In this document: positions 24,154-36,131 of the stretch, piece by piece | How positions within the stretch are numbered: the first letter of the stretch is position 1 | How the letters are laid out: every line of letters starts with the position of its first letter | NCBI GenBank assembly: GCA_973895155.1 | Contig: OZ316891.1 | Location: 15,841,037 to 15,905,036, forward strand | Direction: 5' to 3' | DNA from: Marsupella aquatica | Taxonomy: Eukaryota > Plantae > Marchantiophyta | Length of the DNA: 64,000 bases | Translations under genes and position numbers: made by a program | The notes under the pieces: model-generated | The model's database searches: none | Told to the model about the DNA's origin: nothing | Seen by the model: the letters and a program-made list of their open reading frames with translations, nothing else

Positions 24154-27030
24154 ACTACTGCAAACATGAGAGGAAGGAGGCCCAACGAACAGACAATAAA
24201 GGAAGGGGTAATGTGTCATGTGGTCTCGATTGTGTGAGACTATTTACGGGTGTCTCTTCATTGACTCTGCAGCTCAGTTGTGTACTACTCGAGGCACAAT
24301 GTAGACCTGAGCTTTGCAAGAAGTACTTCCACCCTGGTCAATTCTCAGACAGCAAAACAAAACTTTGGCTTCACCGATGGGTTGTATGGGAGCAGGTCGA
24401 GTCAATTTGTTCTTCACTCATGTCTGAGATTATTTCAGAGTTGATCCCAACTGTTCCAGATGTGAGGATCCTTACTTCGTCTGAGAAGACAAAGCCATTG
24501 CTGATCCTTGACATAAAGGAGGACTTTGAAGATTTCCAAACGAGAGTGAAATCTTGTTTTTTCAAACAGATTTGGCCACCAAAGTTGGGTGAGAAGATTG
24601 ACATCTCACTTTTTTGGAGGAGGGCGAAGAGATATACGTATCGTTTTTTTGTGGATAGAGAAGTTGCTAACAAAACATATTGGTGGTCCTATCCTGCTTG
24701 CTTCTCGCCTTGGATAGCAGGGGTGAAAGAGGATCCAACCTCTGTTAAATACGGAGAGTACTCAATGTACCCATGTGAGGGAGTGGAGGCTCCAAGGAAG
24801 ATGAGTGAGTGGTAAGTCCTTCACTGTCCATGGTATTTAGAATCAAATAAATGGGCAGTGACATTTGACACAGCAGAGAAGGCAGCCTTTCATATGATAA
24901 ATCGAGGCTTGATACCAGAGTCGTACATTACAGAGTCCAAATTAGCTCCTGCAGAAGCAAAGGCTGGCGGATGTGAGGCAATGGAGAAAGCTGTTCTTGG
25001 TGTAGCTGCCATTGTCGACCGGAGTAGATTGAGGAGACCTCGAAAGGTGCCGGTGAAGGACACGTCCAAAGATGGATCAGTCTTGTCTGGGAAGCAAAGT
25101 AAGTCAAAACTTTTGTTTTTTTCACACTGCAGTTGAAGCAATTTTGTCTAAGTGACCTGTCTAACATGAACTTGTTTTTCAGAGAAGAGAAAGGCTGCAG
25201 CCTCTGGGAGTTTGAAGAGTGGGGCGGATGATGGAGAAGAACCCAAGTCTCCTGATGTTGAGGTCACAACAAAATCTGATGTGGACCTTGGTTCAATCAA
25301 GTGTTTAAAGAGGAAGCGTAATGTCCAAATTCTCTCCGACTCAGATGAGGAGGAAGCATGCGTCGCTCAAGGAGTAGCACGAATGTGTGGTCTTAAGAAG
25401 GATGGTGAGAGACATTTCTTGGCAAAAAGAAATCTCACGGAAACTGCAAACTCAATTAGCCAGAGGAAAGTAAGACCTCCCTGGATGGGTGATGTGGATC
25501 AGTGGTTGTCTGGAATGAGCAAATCGAGCGAACACCCAAACCCAGTGATGATCAACGACAAACATTACGCTGGGATTGGTGCTCACTTGGGTTTCATTTT
25601 CCTTCTCACGGGTCATCGAACGAGTGTCACAGACCGGGAGGTCCCGAAGTGGAATGTTTGGAGTGAGAAATTACCATATTATTTCTTTGGAGTCATGCGT
25701 CCGATGCTTGCCGACGATGGTTATGTTGCAATTCTTCACAGCTCTGACTATAACCATATGAGACAAAAAAATTCTGCCGTCGAGCAGAAGAACAAATTCA
25801 AACATATTTGGCAGTATTTGGTTTTGCTTTCATCTCCTTTGTATCAGGCAGATATGGACATCGAGGTAAGATATCCACGATATTTTGCGTGCAATTTTTG
25901 CTAGCGAGCTCGCTAACCAAAAGTACCCATTTCTGACATATTCTTGTTTTCAATTCAGGTAGTTACTCTAATTATGGATGTCTTCTACAAGGTGGAATTC
26001 TCAGCAAAAGTCCCGAAACATACAGGATATGTTCCAATGACTTCCTCTGAGGATGCCCGCCATAAATTGAAGTTGAGTGTTTGCTACCCAAAAACTGATC
26101 CCAATCCCAGGGCGGCTTTCGCAGGTTCCAATAGATTGTTAGTTGGGTTCATGCAAGCCGTAATGGAGATCCTTACTTTGCCAAAGGACATTGTCATTGA
26201 CTGGACTGTTGGAGATAGAAGTGTTGTTGCCGCTGGGGAATACGCTGGGAGATTTGTTGTGGGTGTTGAAGATCAAGACATTCTTCATCAATGTGCGCAA
26301 AAATCTCTGGCAAATGTGTTGGAGAGACATGCCCAGAAGTTGAAAGGGGCCGCAGATCCGAAGAACAATGATCCCAATGATGAAGGATCGGATGATGAGT
26401 TCACGATCCCAGGAGATGATCAGGGAGGACCTTCAGACGAGAAGGATGAATTTGACCTGGAGTAAAGCACTTGGCCTTTGATGTAGAATTCCCTATTTGG
26501 TGTTTTTCTGTTATTTGTAGAATTTTTGGATGTGTAGTATTGATCCGATGCTGGTGATTTCTTCAGTGATAGGCGTTCGGATTGGTTTTTGGAGGAGAGA
26601 TTCCGTCTTCGGAAAGAAATTGAGGATCATTTTCTTGTGACTCCTGAGAAGGGATTTGCACTTCCTTGCTATGCTGAAAAGACTGCAAAGGAGGTTGATG
26701 AAGGGCCTGTCGTTTTGACTTGGGAGGGGGAAGCTCTGCTCGGAAAGCCCTTTACTGCCCTCAGTTCATAGATGATGAGGCTGGTACTGTAGCACAGTAT
26801 GTTGACGATTCGGCTGAGGAGACTGATAGGGAGTCGAGTAGCGATCCTAGTAATTCCTCAGATGATTTGGAATGAGAGGATTCTCAATGACTCATGGTCA
26901 ATTTCAGATGTAATATCATTCAAGAAGATATTTGTCATACCAAAGCTTTATTAAAGATGGATTGTGAATGGTTTTTTGAACTAGTTTTGTTGACAGTGAT
27001 GATGCCTTTTCATTGAGTTCTGTGTTGTGA

Positions 27031-27189
27031 AGATCTCGAGTTTTTCGGTTGTGAATATTTCAGTATCTGCATTTCCCTTTTTCATAAATGTTTCACAATA
27101 AATATCGACGAGATCTCGAGTTTTTCGGTTGTGAATATTTCAGTATCTGCATTTCCCTTTTTCATAACTGTTTCACAATAAATATCGAC
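27031..27189. repeat. 80-bp tandem duplication
   Basis: AGATCTCGAGTTTTTCGGTTGTGAATATTTCAG...AAATATCGAC occurs at 27031 and 27111. Confidence 0.9.
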
Positions 27190-27644
27190 AATCTTATTTG
27201 GGAATCCGCCTTAACTACCCTGAAGGTACCCACAAACTTGTCTTGCTAGCTTGCTGTCCTCGCTAGCAAAACTCCTGTTTGCTCGCACAATAGAATACCT
27301 CAGTGGAGAATGACTCACTATCAAAGTCGGAGACACCCGCTTTTCGCGCGTCTTGACCACCAGGTTGTGCACATGCAAGCTCTTCGCAATTATCTTGTCT
27401 CCTTCAAAGTTTCAATCAAAGCACGCATTCATAGTCAGCCAAATCAGCTCACTGATTAGCATTCAACCAGGGGAGGGATTCGTCGTACTACTAATTGGGG
27501 GAGGTGGGATTGAACTTATAAGAGAACCAGATCTGGTCTCGTGGCGGATTGGTTCTACAAAACTGCGGACAGGGTCTATATTTGGAAACGACGGGCACGC
27601 CGCCCCTCTCGCTGTTGGGAGTTTAAATCTTAAGCTGGGAAAAG

Positions 27645-30600
27645 ATGGTGAAGGATAACATGTACTACGAAGTGCTTGGGGTTCCGCCCGATGCTACCGC
27701 GGCCGACATCAAGAAAGCATATTATCTGAAGGTGAGAGTTGAACATTTATATGTGGTGCACCCGTAAGACGCTATCTACCATAGTTGATTGTGCATACTC
27801 TGGATCGACGTACGAAAGTATTTCAAAGTAGTATGAGCTCCAGGGTCAGTTTCACTTTTTCGAACTGTTTTCAGCACACTTGCCTTTTGCGACAGGTAAC
27901 GACTATATATGAGACCCTGTTGAGATAACGTTCCTACGACAAAGGACAATTGAATTGAGAATTTCATAATTGAGCGGAGTGAAGCGGCGCACTGAACTGC
28001 GGACTCGATTGATAGCTCCATTCATCTTTGATCGTGGTTCTACCAGCTAGTTAGGACTTGGATTTGGACCAACCTTGGAAGCATGTAATACGTCCCACCG
28101 AAATTGAAGAGTTCGCAAGTGCTTACTCACGAGTATCCATCCGTTGAGTGCAGTGTGATCGTTGGCCTTGGGCGATGATCAGCTGGCGGAATACTATTTA
28201 TTTACTTTTGATAAGTTCCACGAAGTTTTTTTGTAGACTCTGTATGGGGGAATGAAGCCATATATCGACTCCCCTGTCCGTTCAGATGTTCGGGAACATG
28301 ACGATTGGACTCTTTTTTCACAAATGGCGTGCCAAATAATCTTTCACCGTTCTCCGGTTACGAAGAAAGTGTTCGTGGGATCCCCAACTGTTGAAGGCAA
28401 TCTTAAGGGCTGTTGTTGTCACCTTATTGCAGAACATGATTTTTGAGGTGTTTTCATCATCTCTCTGGAGAGATGTTGCAGTTTAAATGTGGAGTTGAAG
28501 TCACGTGTGGAAAAATCGTCGTTGTCTTTTACTGCTGTAGTTGCCCCAACGTTTGGACTTCTTTCAAATGTTTATGGAATAAAGAGATTTTGAAGTTATA
28601 TGGAACATTTGGATCACTCTTCGGTACTGGTACATTGCAGCTTCTCCACGCTCAAGGGACTTAGCTGGACTTGTTCCCTTTGTGATGGAGGAAGCAGTAA
28701 GTTTTGCTTGATGATGATAGGTTCGTCCGTGAGGTCTTTAACATATGCAATGTGCCAAATGCAGGCAAGAAAGGTTCATCCCGATAAGAACCCCAATAAC
28801 CCTGATGCAGCACATAATTTTCAGGCAAGCTTCTGTCAACTTCGGACTCGACTATAGTCTCAAAGCATTGCAGGATTTTTTATGAATGGATGTGTGGCAT
28901 CCGACTTTGTGGTGTGTGCTCTGAGATACAACTTTAAGACATTTCCCGGTGCCGTGAAATACAATTGGAACGTGACAGGTCCTTGGAGAGGCATACCAGG
29001 TTCTCAGTGACCCGCAGAAGAAGGAGGCGTATGATAAATACGGGAAAACTGGGGTTTCTGAGTAAGTACTTGTCTCTCAGACTCAGAGCAGGGGAAAAGT
29101 TTCCGTGTCTGATGATGTTAACAAGGGTGATGGATTTTTGTTCTTGTGATTAGCTTACTTCATCTTGACTAGCATATGTGCTGTCGTACCGGATATTTCA
29201 GCATTGACGATGATAGTTGAGGTGGTAGATTCTTTTCAAGATAGACATGCTGGTCTTGAAGAATATGCGAATTTGGAGTAAAAGTCGTGTGTCACCGAAT
29301 CAAAATGACGATCACTGTTAACTCAAAGGTCATCTAACTACCTGTCTTTAGGGAGGGAATGATGGATGCGGCCTCGGTATTTGGAATGGTATTTGGAAGT
29401 GAGCTCTTTGAGGATTATATCGGTCAACTTGCGATGGTCGCCATGGCATCTCTTGATATTTCATCAGATGGACAGGCAATAAATCTTCGGTCTGCCCAGG
29501 AGAAGCTGAAAGTAAGCATGCAATATTCTTGTGTTGCTCTGCTGTGAGATGCTCTTGATATGCTGGAAGGCTCAGGAATGTGATGTTGGAATAGCCATGG
29601 AAATATGGAGAGGGGGCGTTTAAACTCGTTAATGGGTGTCTGTTCGTGCAGGAAGCCCAGAAAGAGCGCGAAGACAAGCTAGTACTTCGTCTGATCGAAC
29701 GCCTTCAACCTTATGTAAATGGAGAGAAAGGCAAATTTAAAGATTGGGCTAATGAAGAAGCTGAACGTCTCTCTGGTGGAGGTATATATCCTTGATTTGT
29801 TTTTTGTTCGTTTTATCGCTGATATAACCGATAGCAGGTCAAACCGTGGTCACTGATGGTTGGAATGCTTGTTAGGTGAGTGGCTCTCCTGGATCTTGGG
29901 ACTGTTTTAATCCATAGTTAGGCGTAGAGTAGGTTTTGTTATACCATAGGAGTTATAAAGGAAAGCGTGGTTGTCGTTTGGAAATCCTGACATTTCAGCG
30001 CATCTGGTAGCGTACATCAAGAATAGTCCTGTGTAGAAAGTAGTGTCGTGTGCAAATACTTGATCTTCCCAAGTTCTGCTTATGTCTTCCGTGCTGCTGT
30101 CGATTGTGGTTCGCTTCAAACCAGAATTGTTTGTTTTTCTTGTTTCAAAATTATATTTTTACCGAATTCCTAACTTGGAATTGTAAAATTCTCGACAGCA
30201 TTTGGAGGACCAATGCTCTACACGATTGGCTACATCTATGCAAGGCAAGGTGCAAAGGAGCTCGGAAAGAAAGTGATATTTCTCGGTCTTCCTTTTCTTA
30301 CAGAGTGGGTCCGTGATAAAGGGCACTACATCAAATCGCAGGTCACTGCTGTAGCAGGTGTAAAAATGCACAACAAATTGTAAACCGTGGCTACATTGGT
30401 TTAATTTTGTTTTTTCTGGGGTACCGTCTATATAGGGACCACTTGCTATCTAAATCAGAGCTCTACTTGAAAACAACGGAGATATGTGTTTAAAATTGCC
30501 TCAAATTTAGGATAGAGAGATGAGATGGGAGTCCTAGATTAAGGTCGCAATTTTCAGACTGTATGTTGATCCGACTTTATATTGACGAGCCAGGGTTCAG

Positions 30601-31146
30601 GCAGTGACCACAAATTTCTGCAAATGGTCCAGGTGCTGTTCAATTAATGCAAATGCAGGAGGACATGCGACGTCAGTTGGAGGCAGGCGCGGGGACACTT
30701 AGTGAATCAGCTGTGGAGAAGTATTTAGAATCAAAGAAGGAGCTAATGCTGGGGTCACTGTGGAAATTAAATGTTGCAGATATTGAGGTGACGCTTTCAC
30801 ATGTTTGCCAGAAGGTACTCAACTTTCTGTCTATCTGTGTACCCAGGCTTTCAAGTGAAGTGTAATAGCAGATGCAGGAGGGGCGTCTAAATGTGCATCT
30901 TTGGTGTAGGCAACTGGATATTTCTCAGTTCGTGGAAAAATGACATGAATTCTTGGGCTGGTCAAGTAACGAAAGATCAGTAAGATTTGGTCATCGCCAC
31001 GGATAGACATTATGGTACAACATTTGGATCATTCAGGCGTCGAATTGTCACGGGTTAATTTGCAGGTTTTAGCTGATCCCAAGGTTAAGAAGGATGAACT
31101 TCGAGCTCGTGCAAAAGGATTGAAGAAGTTGGGAATGATTTTTCAG
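27645..31146 (+). CDS. DnaJ/Hsp40 co-chaperone, ATJ10-like (J domain plus DnaJ-X region); last exon not resolved
   Basis: Exons at about 27645-27731 ([29 protein letters not shown]), 28765-28824 ([13 protein letters not shown] motif), 28979-29061, 29352-29511 ([14 protein letters not shown]), 29652-29781, 30198-30357, 30633-30814 ([10 protein letters not shown]) and 31066-31146. Confidence 0.9.
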
Positions 31147-33999
31147 GTAAGGAATCACTTTTAAGAAGGCGTTTTGGATGCGTTTCTCAAGCTCTTGCAA
31201 TACAGCGCGGACTTTTGACAATAGTACTAATGGCAGTCCTTTAAAACTTCCTTTGGTTTTCTCTAGGAATTTTGACTTTTTAATCTTTTCAGTGAGAGTG
31301 TCATTAAAATTGATGATTGAAATTTACAGGCTGAATATCAAAAGGCTCAAAATTTGAGGCATCCTGCCAGTGGAATGCAGGCCAATGCTTCTTCTTCTGT
31401 ATAGCGAGCACAGTATTTCTTTTCTCCTTCCCAGGTACGAGTGATTTAGAGAGCAATAATCCTTTGCAGTGCAGAGGTGTTTCAATTTGTGTTGGATCCC
31501 TGCTAAGACTTCGATTAATTTTCAATCCACTGCATAAAATTTGAGGACTTCTGTTTCTAAAACCTATTCAATAGTGACACGAAGAGCACGGCTATTAAGG
31601 AAAACAGTTCAGATTGTTTCCTTTTTGGAGTCCTAGGATTAAGTTTCCTGCTAATTCCTGAAGTCAATGGAAACAGAATTCATATGTTTGGTTGGACAGG
31701 GTCCAGTACAGCATACCCTTAAACCACAACTGCCCCTATAAATAGCTACGGGTTACCCCGTAGCTCTCATTGTAAAGTGCACAGGTTCAGAAATGGACTT
31801 TGAGGTGCACAAAGGTGGTGAGTGCAAAACCTTTCATTGGCAAGTGCTCCACAAAAGATACTGAGTGTTTTACCTTTGATGGTGAGTAGTGAGACATGGA
31901 ATGAGGCTTTTATAGTGGCAGGTGTGGTTTAATGAGTTTGCAACACTGGCTAGAGGGTTGGAACCTTGGTGAAATCAACTTCCAATGAACGGTTAAATTT
32001 GTGCAGGAAGGTGTTGAAAATGAGGCTAGCAATCGCGTGTTGTGATTTTGCTCACCCTGAGAACATCATTAGAATGATGTATGGTGATTTTCCTGAAGCA
32101 TCAGTGCCCATCTCCTGTGCCACCTTCATGCTTTCCAAGTATGAACCACTCTAATCTCCCAACCTGAAGCCCATCTCAACCTGGAGGAAGGGTACTGGGC
32201 TCTCCTGGCTCTGTTAAAAGGCTCTATGGGGCCAGTTGCACCTCCCGGATCGTCTGAGTCACCTTCGTTATGCTCAGTATTTCAAGCTATATGATGTTCC
32301 TAGACTTGAAGCACGCCAAGGTAGTAGCCAAGAGACTCTCTAAACCAACCCATGTCAACGGACAGTGTTGGTCATTTATCTTGGTGTGAAATCTTGGTCT
32401 TCTCCTAGAGAGTACAGGCGCTATCTTCAATCCAGGGACTACGTGTCAAGAACAGTATTCGTGATCACTTCCTACTGGATGTTGTAACCGCAATTGTAGG
32501 TAGAACTCTGACATTCACAGGTTGCAGGCCCAGGTCAGATATCCTAATTGTCCTTTGAGTGTGAAACCTAACGTACGCTAGACCTGGTGCAGATTACTTG
32601 CAGAAAGGTACAAACAGGAGCGACGGTGAGGGCGTATTTTAGAAATCCCAATAAAAATGTCGTGACAGTGGCTTGCATAGGATTATCCTGGGCGGATTTT
32701 GTGTGGAAAATGTATCGGAGACTGGTATGGTAATGACAAAATATCAAAACAGTGATTGTCATTTTCTGATGGTGCAGGGCTCAGGGATGTCACCAAAGAG
32801 AGCATCTTGATGATTTCTTTCAAGAAACACAAAGTTCTGCTTGACTACTGTTGGTCTCTCGATGCTACTAGGATTTTTCAAATCACACGTCAAACCTCTA
32901 CGGGGACGGATAGGTATTCATATAGGTCACGAAAGGTAGAGGGAGAAGGTCAAAAGTGATTGTAAAATATTATTCTACATGTTTCTACACTGCCTCAAAG
33001 AACCAGTCTCCGATGCTTTCATCACCCAGCAAACCATAATGGTTATTAGGGCACTACAGTACTATTGTCATAAAATTTCACCTTTCAACGTCAAAATATA
33101 GTACAATTTAGCGTGACCTCTATTTTTGCCGTTCACCAAGGGAACGTTATGTGTTGGGTATTCTTGACTTTGAGGATTCTAGACTTTGATTTTCGTGACG
33201 GATGTGGCCCTCACTGATCAAAAATATAATAGATAGCTCATATAAGCTCTTCACAGTGGCCGTAGCTAACGACGGATTTGAATGGCTCTCCAGCTACTCT
33301 ACCTGGTTTTCCAAAAGTAAAGTCAAACTGCCATACTGAATTATCGTCGAAATTAGTGAGCGTTAGCAGTTGAATATTCAAGTTGTTGATTAGATGACAG
33401 TGATCTCCGTGAGCGTCATGTCTTAGGTAAGTTTTGATCTGACTATAGGACTGAGGATGGAAGTGTCGCTCTTTACGGTGTTGTATACGACTGCTATGAT
33501 TTGTGGGAGCAGCACGGTATGTCTCAATTTATGTCAGAATATCTTATGGCTTTGTTTATTCCTTAGGCTTGAAGTGAGGACAGGAGGAAAGAGATCATAG
33601 ATTTTGAGCTTACAGTCATAACGTTCGGCATAGAATGGGGTCAATTTCGATCATTTAGCTCAAAATTTTCTAATGGTGGGACTGGACCATCTGCTTTTAA
33701 GAGGAGAATTCTTTTGAAATAAATTACGTGTTCTTTAGAGTAGATAAAGTAGTTCGGTCTTTAGGTCGTGATAATTTTCTTTGGTCTAGCACAAACAGGA
33801 CATAATTTTATTTCAGGTCTATTTGAAGTTTTAGATGTGTTTGTTTCCAATTATGACAGTGAGATCTAGTAAATTCTCCCTTTCCTACCTCAAATCGTGT
33901 AACAAGTGCGCACAATTCTATCAGTGTACTTGGGAATGAGGTGATGCTCCTAGTTCATATTTATATTTCTGCGAGAACTGATGGTCAGTCGACAGGCTA

Positions 34000-35830
34000 A
34001 GCTATACATTTGACATGTATAATGTGCAGAAAATGTGGTCATTTACACTTGTGGGAGTGTTTCTTTGTCATCCATTTCCGTCCGAGCAGCACCCCACATT
34101 CTATCGAGAGCTGCATCACATCGGGCAATCTTAATCTTGAATGCATTAATGGTCTCAAGCTTGTCCTCCCAGCGCCACTGAGAGGCACAAAGTTCCAGGG
34201 TGTATAGAGTCTTATCCTGGAAAGTGGTGGTTCCACCTAATTACCTTGCTGTTCAGCCAAACTCCTGGGTGTCTAGAGTCACAGCTTATCTTGAAAAGTG
34301 TAGTGGTTCCATATAATTACCTTGTAGTTCACCCAGCCGATTAGCTCCAAATTTGCAGCCAGCATGCTGGCCCGTTCCAAATCAGGATTATCCAGTGCCT
34401 TGGTGAACCACTGGCACAATAAGGCATCAAAGTGACTGCAAAAATCCTTGAATCCAAGACGTCCTTTGGCCCTGGGCCTAGCCATCCATACCCTGGGCCT
34501 AGCCAGCCATGCCCAAGTGACTAAAGGAACTTTCTTCCCACCACCAGCATTGTAGCCTCACAAGAAGTCTCTACATAAAGCAATGATCTTCCTGGCCAGG
34601 TCCTCTGAGGAGCGCACTAACATCATATGGTATATAGGATGGCCTGCAGCACATGCCTCACTAGCAGTGTCCATCCAGTGAAAGAAAGAAACTTGGAAGC
34701 CCAAGATGACAATCATAAACCAATCCTATCTAACGAAAATGATGGAGTTGCTCAGTTTTCAGTGCATCACCCAAAGGGGCACCAAGGTACGGACTTCTGG
34801 GGCTCTCAGGATCAGACAGCCAGTTGCTGTCCACCAAGTAGGTACATCACCGAAAGCAAAGGGTATGACAATGGACTTCTTAAGGTGCAACCGAGCATCC
34901 GTACCAAGCTCATAAAAAAGTAGCAGCTCTTGCACTTGTCTACTTGCAATCTCAGTAGTCGGGATAAAATTCCAAGGTCCTCCACAAAGAGCCTCAAGCA
35001 AATCATGAGTGCCTCAAAGATTCTCACACCACTCAACCTGTCAGCTGGCAGTTCAGCCTCCATGAAATTCATCAGAGGCTGTGTGGAGATAACAAAAAGA
35101 AGAGGAGATAGTAGACATCCTTGCCTGACTCCCCTTTTCTGAGCTCAATTGACTTTGACAGGAGGCCATACACCTGTACCTTAGAAGAAGCACCACATAA
35201 CAAGGCTCATACCAAACAAATGAAATAGCTTCCAATTCCTAGTAAGTGCATAGCTTCCAAGATATATTGGTGGTTTACTCTGCCAAATGCCTTTTCAAAA
35301 TCAACTTTCAGAAAGAGAGTAGTTTTGTACCTTTGAACCCAATTGCTGGTGAGCCATGCCAGTGATATTCTCCAGAATATGACGAGTGGGAATAAATCCC
35401 AACTGCTGCGGACTGATGATCAAGTTTAGGAGGGGCTTCAATGACAGGGCTAGAAGCTTGGCGAGGGTCTTATAATTGTGTTTAATATGGGGTTGCCAGT
35501 CCTTCAGGTGTCCAGTATCAAATTTTGTTGGGATGAAGCTCACTTGAGAGCCAGAACGCCCCAACCTTAGCCAACAGGTCCACCTGAATGAACCCCCAGC
35601 AGGCTCTGTAGACCTTGACTGTCATACCATCCAGTCCTGGAGCTTTGTCATTGGGGAGAAGCCATACTACCTCCTGAACTTCCTTGGCACTACACACATC
35701 TTTGTTTTGCTTTAGTGGATTCCATATCTTCTTGTCTCGCTCAGAGGACTTCTGTGATATATATTGTTTGTACAGTTTCTTGTGGAAGCCACTTTCAACC
35801 CTGTCTTTGTTTCCATTGAAGTTTGACACT
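34000..35830 (-). pseudogene. Old degenerate L1/Tx1-type LINE reverse transcriptase remnant
   Basis: Fragments KAPGLDGMT..CWGFI, IISPQQLGFIPTRHILENI, DFEKAF, GVRQGCLLSPLLF and GRLGFKDF lie in shifting frames. Confidence 0.75.
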
Positions 35831-36131
35831 CACCACAATCATATGCATTGTTGGGTTGGTGATTATCGGTCAATTTGGTCAATGTCACACCGCATTGACC
35901 AAACTAGCATGATTGTAGGCTTTTGGATGGTGGTACGGAATTCTATGATATGAATTGCTTGTACAGTTTCTTGTGGAAGTCACTCTCAAACCTGTCTTTG
36001 TTTCCATTGAAGTTTGACATTAACCACAATCATATGCATTTATTGGCAAAGTTGGTGATTATCAGCCAATTTGGTCAATGTCACACACATTGACCAAACT
36101 AGCATGGTGGTAGGCTTTTGGATGGTGGTAC
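35768..36131. repeat. ~190-bp tandem duplication
   Basis: TTGTACAGTTTCTTGTGGAAG...GGCTTTTGGATGGTGGTAC repeated at about 35768 and 35959. Confidence 0.85.

Larger units (their letters stand above)
10881..26875 (+). pseudogene. Intron-containing ParB/Srx-like plus N6/N4-MTase-like fusion gene, family 2, split by a CACTA insertion
   Basis: 5' part 10881-12096 (FDGNHRLYSW; intron 11585-11677) joins in frame to 24157 onward once the CACTA and one TSD are removed. 3' exons contain RPMLADDGYVAILH and EILTLPKDIVIDWTVGDRSVVAAGEYAGRFVVGVE. In-frame stops at 11508 and 24813; the 3' end is approximate. Confidence 0.7.

Noticed and set aside
31700-32810. Candidate final DnaJ exons at about 31700 or 32778
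   Set aside because: Both follow an AG and give short in-frame tails; they cannot be distinguished without transcripts.
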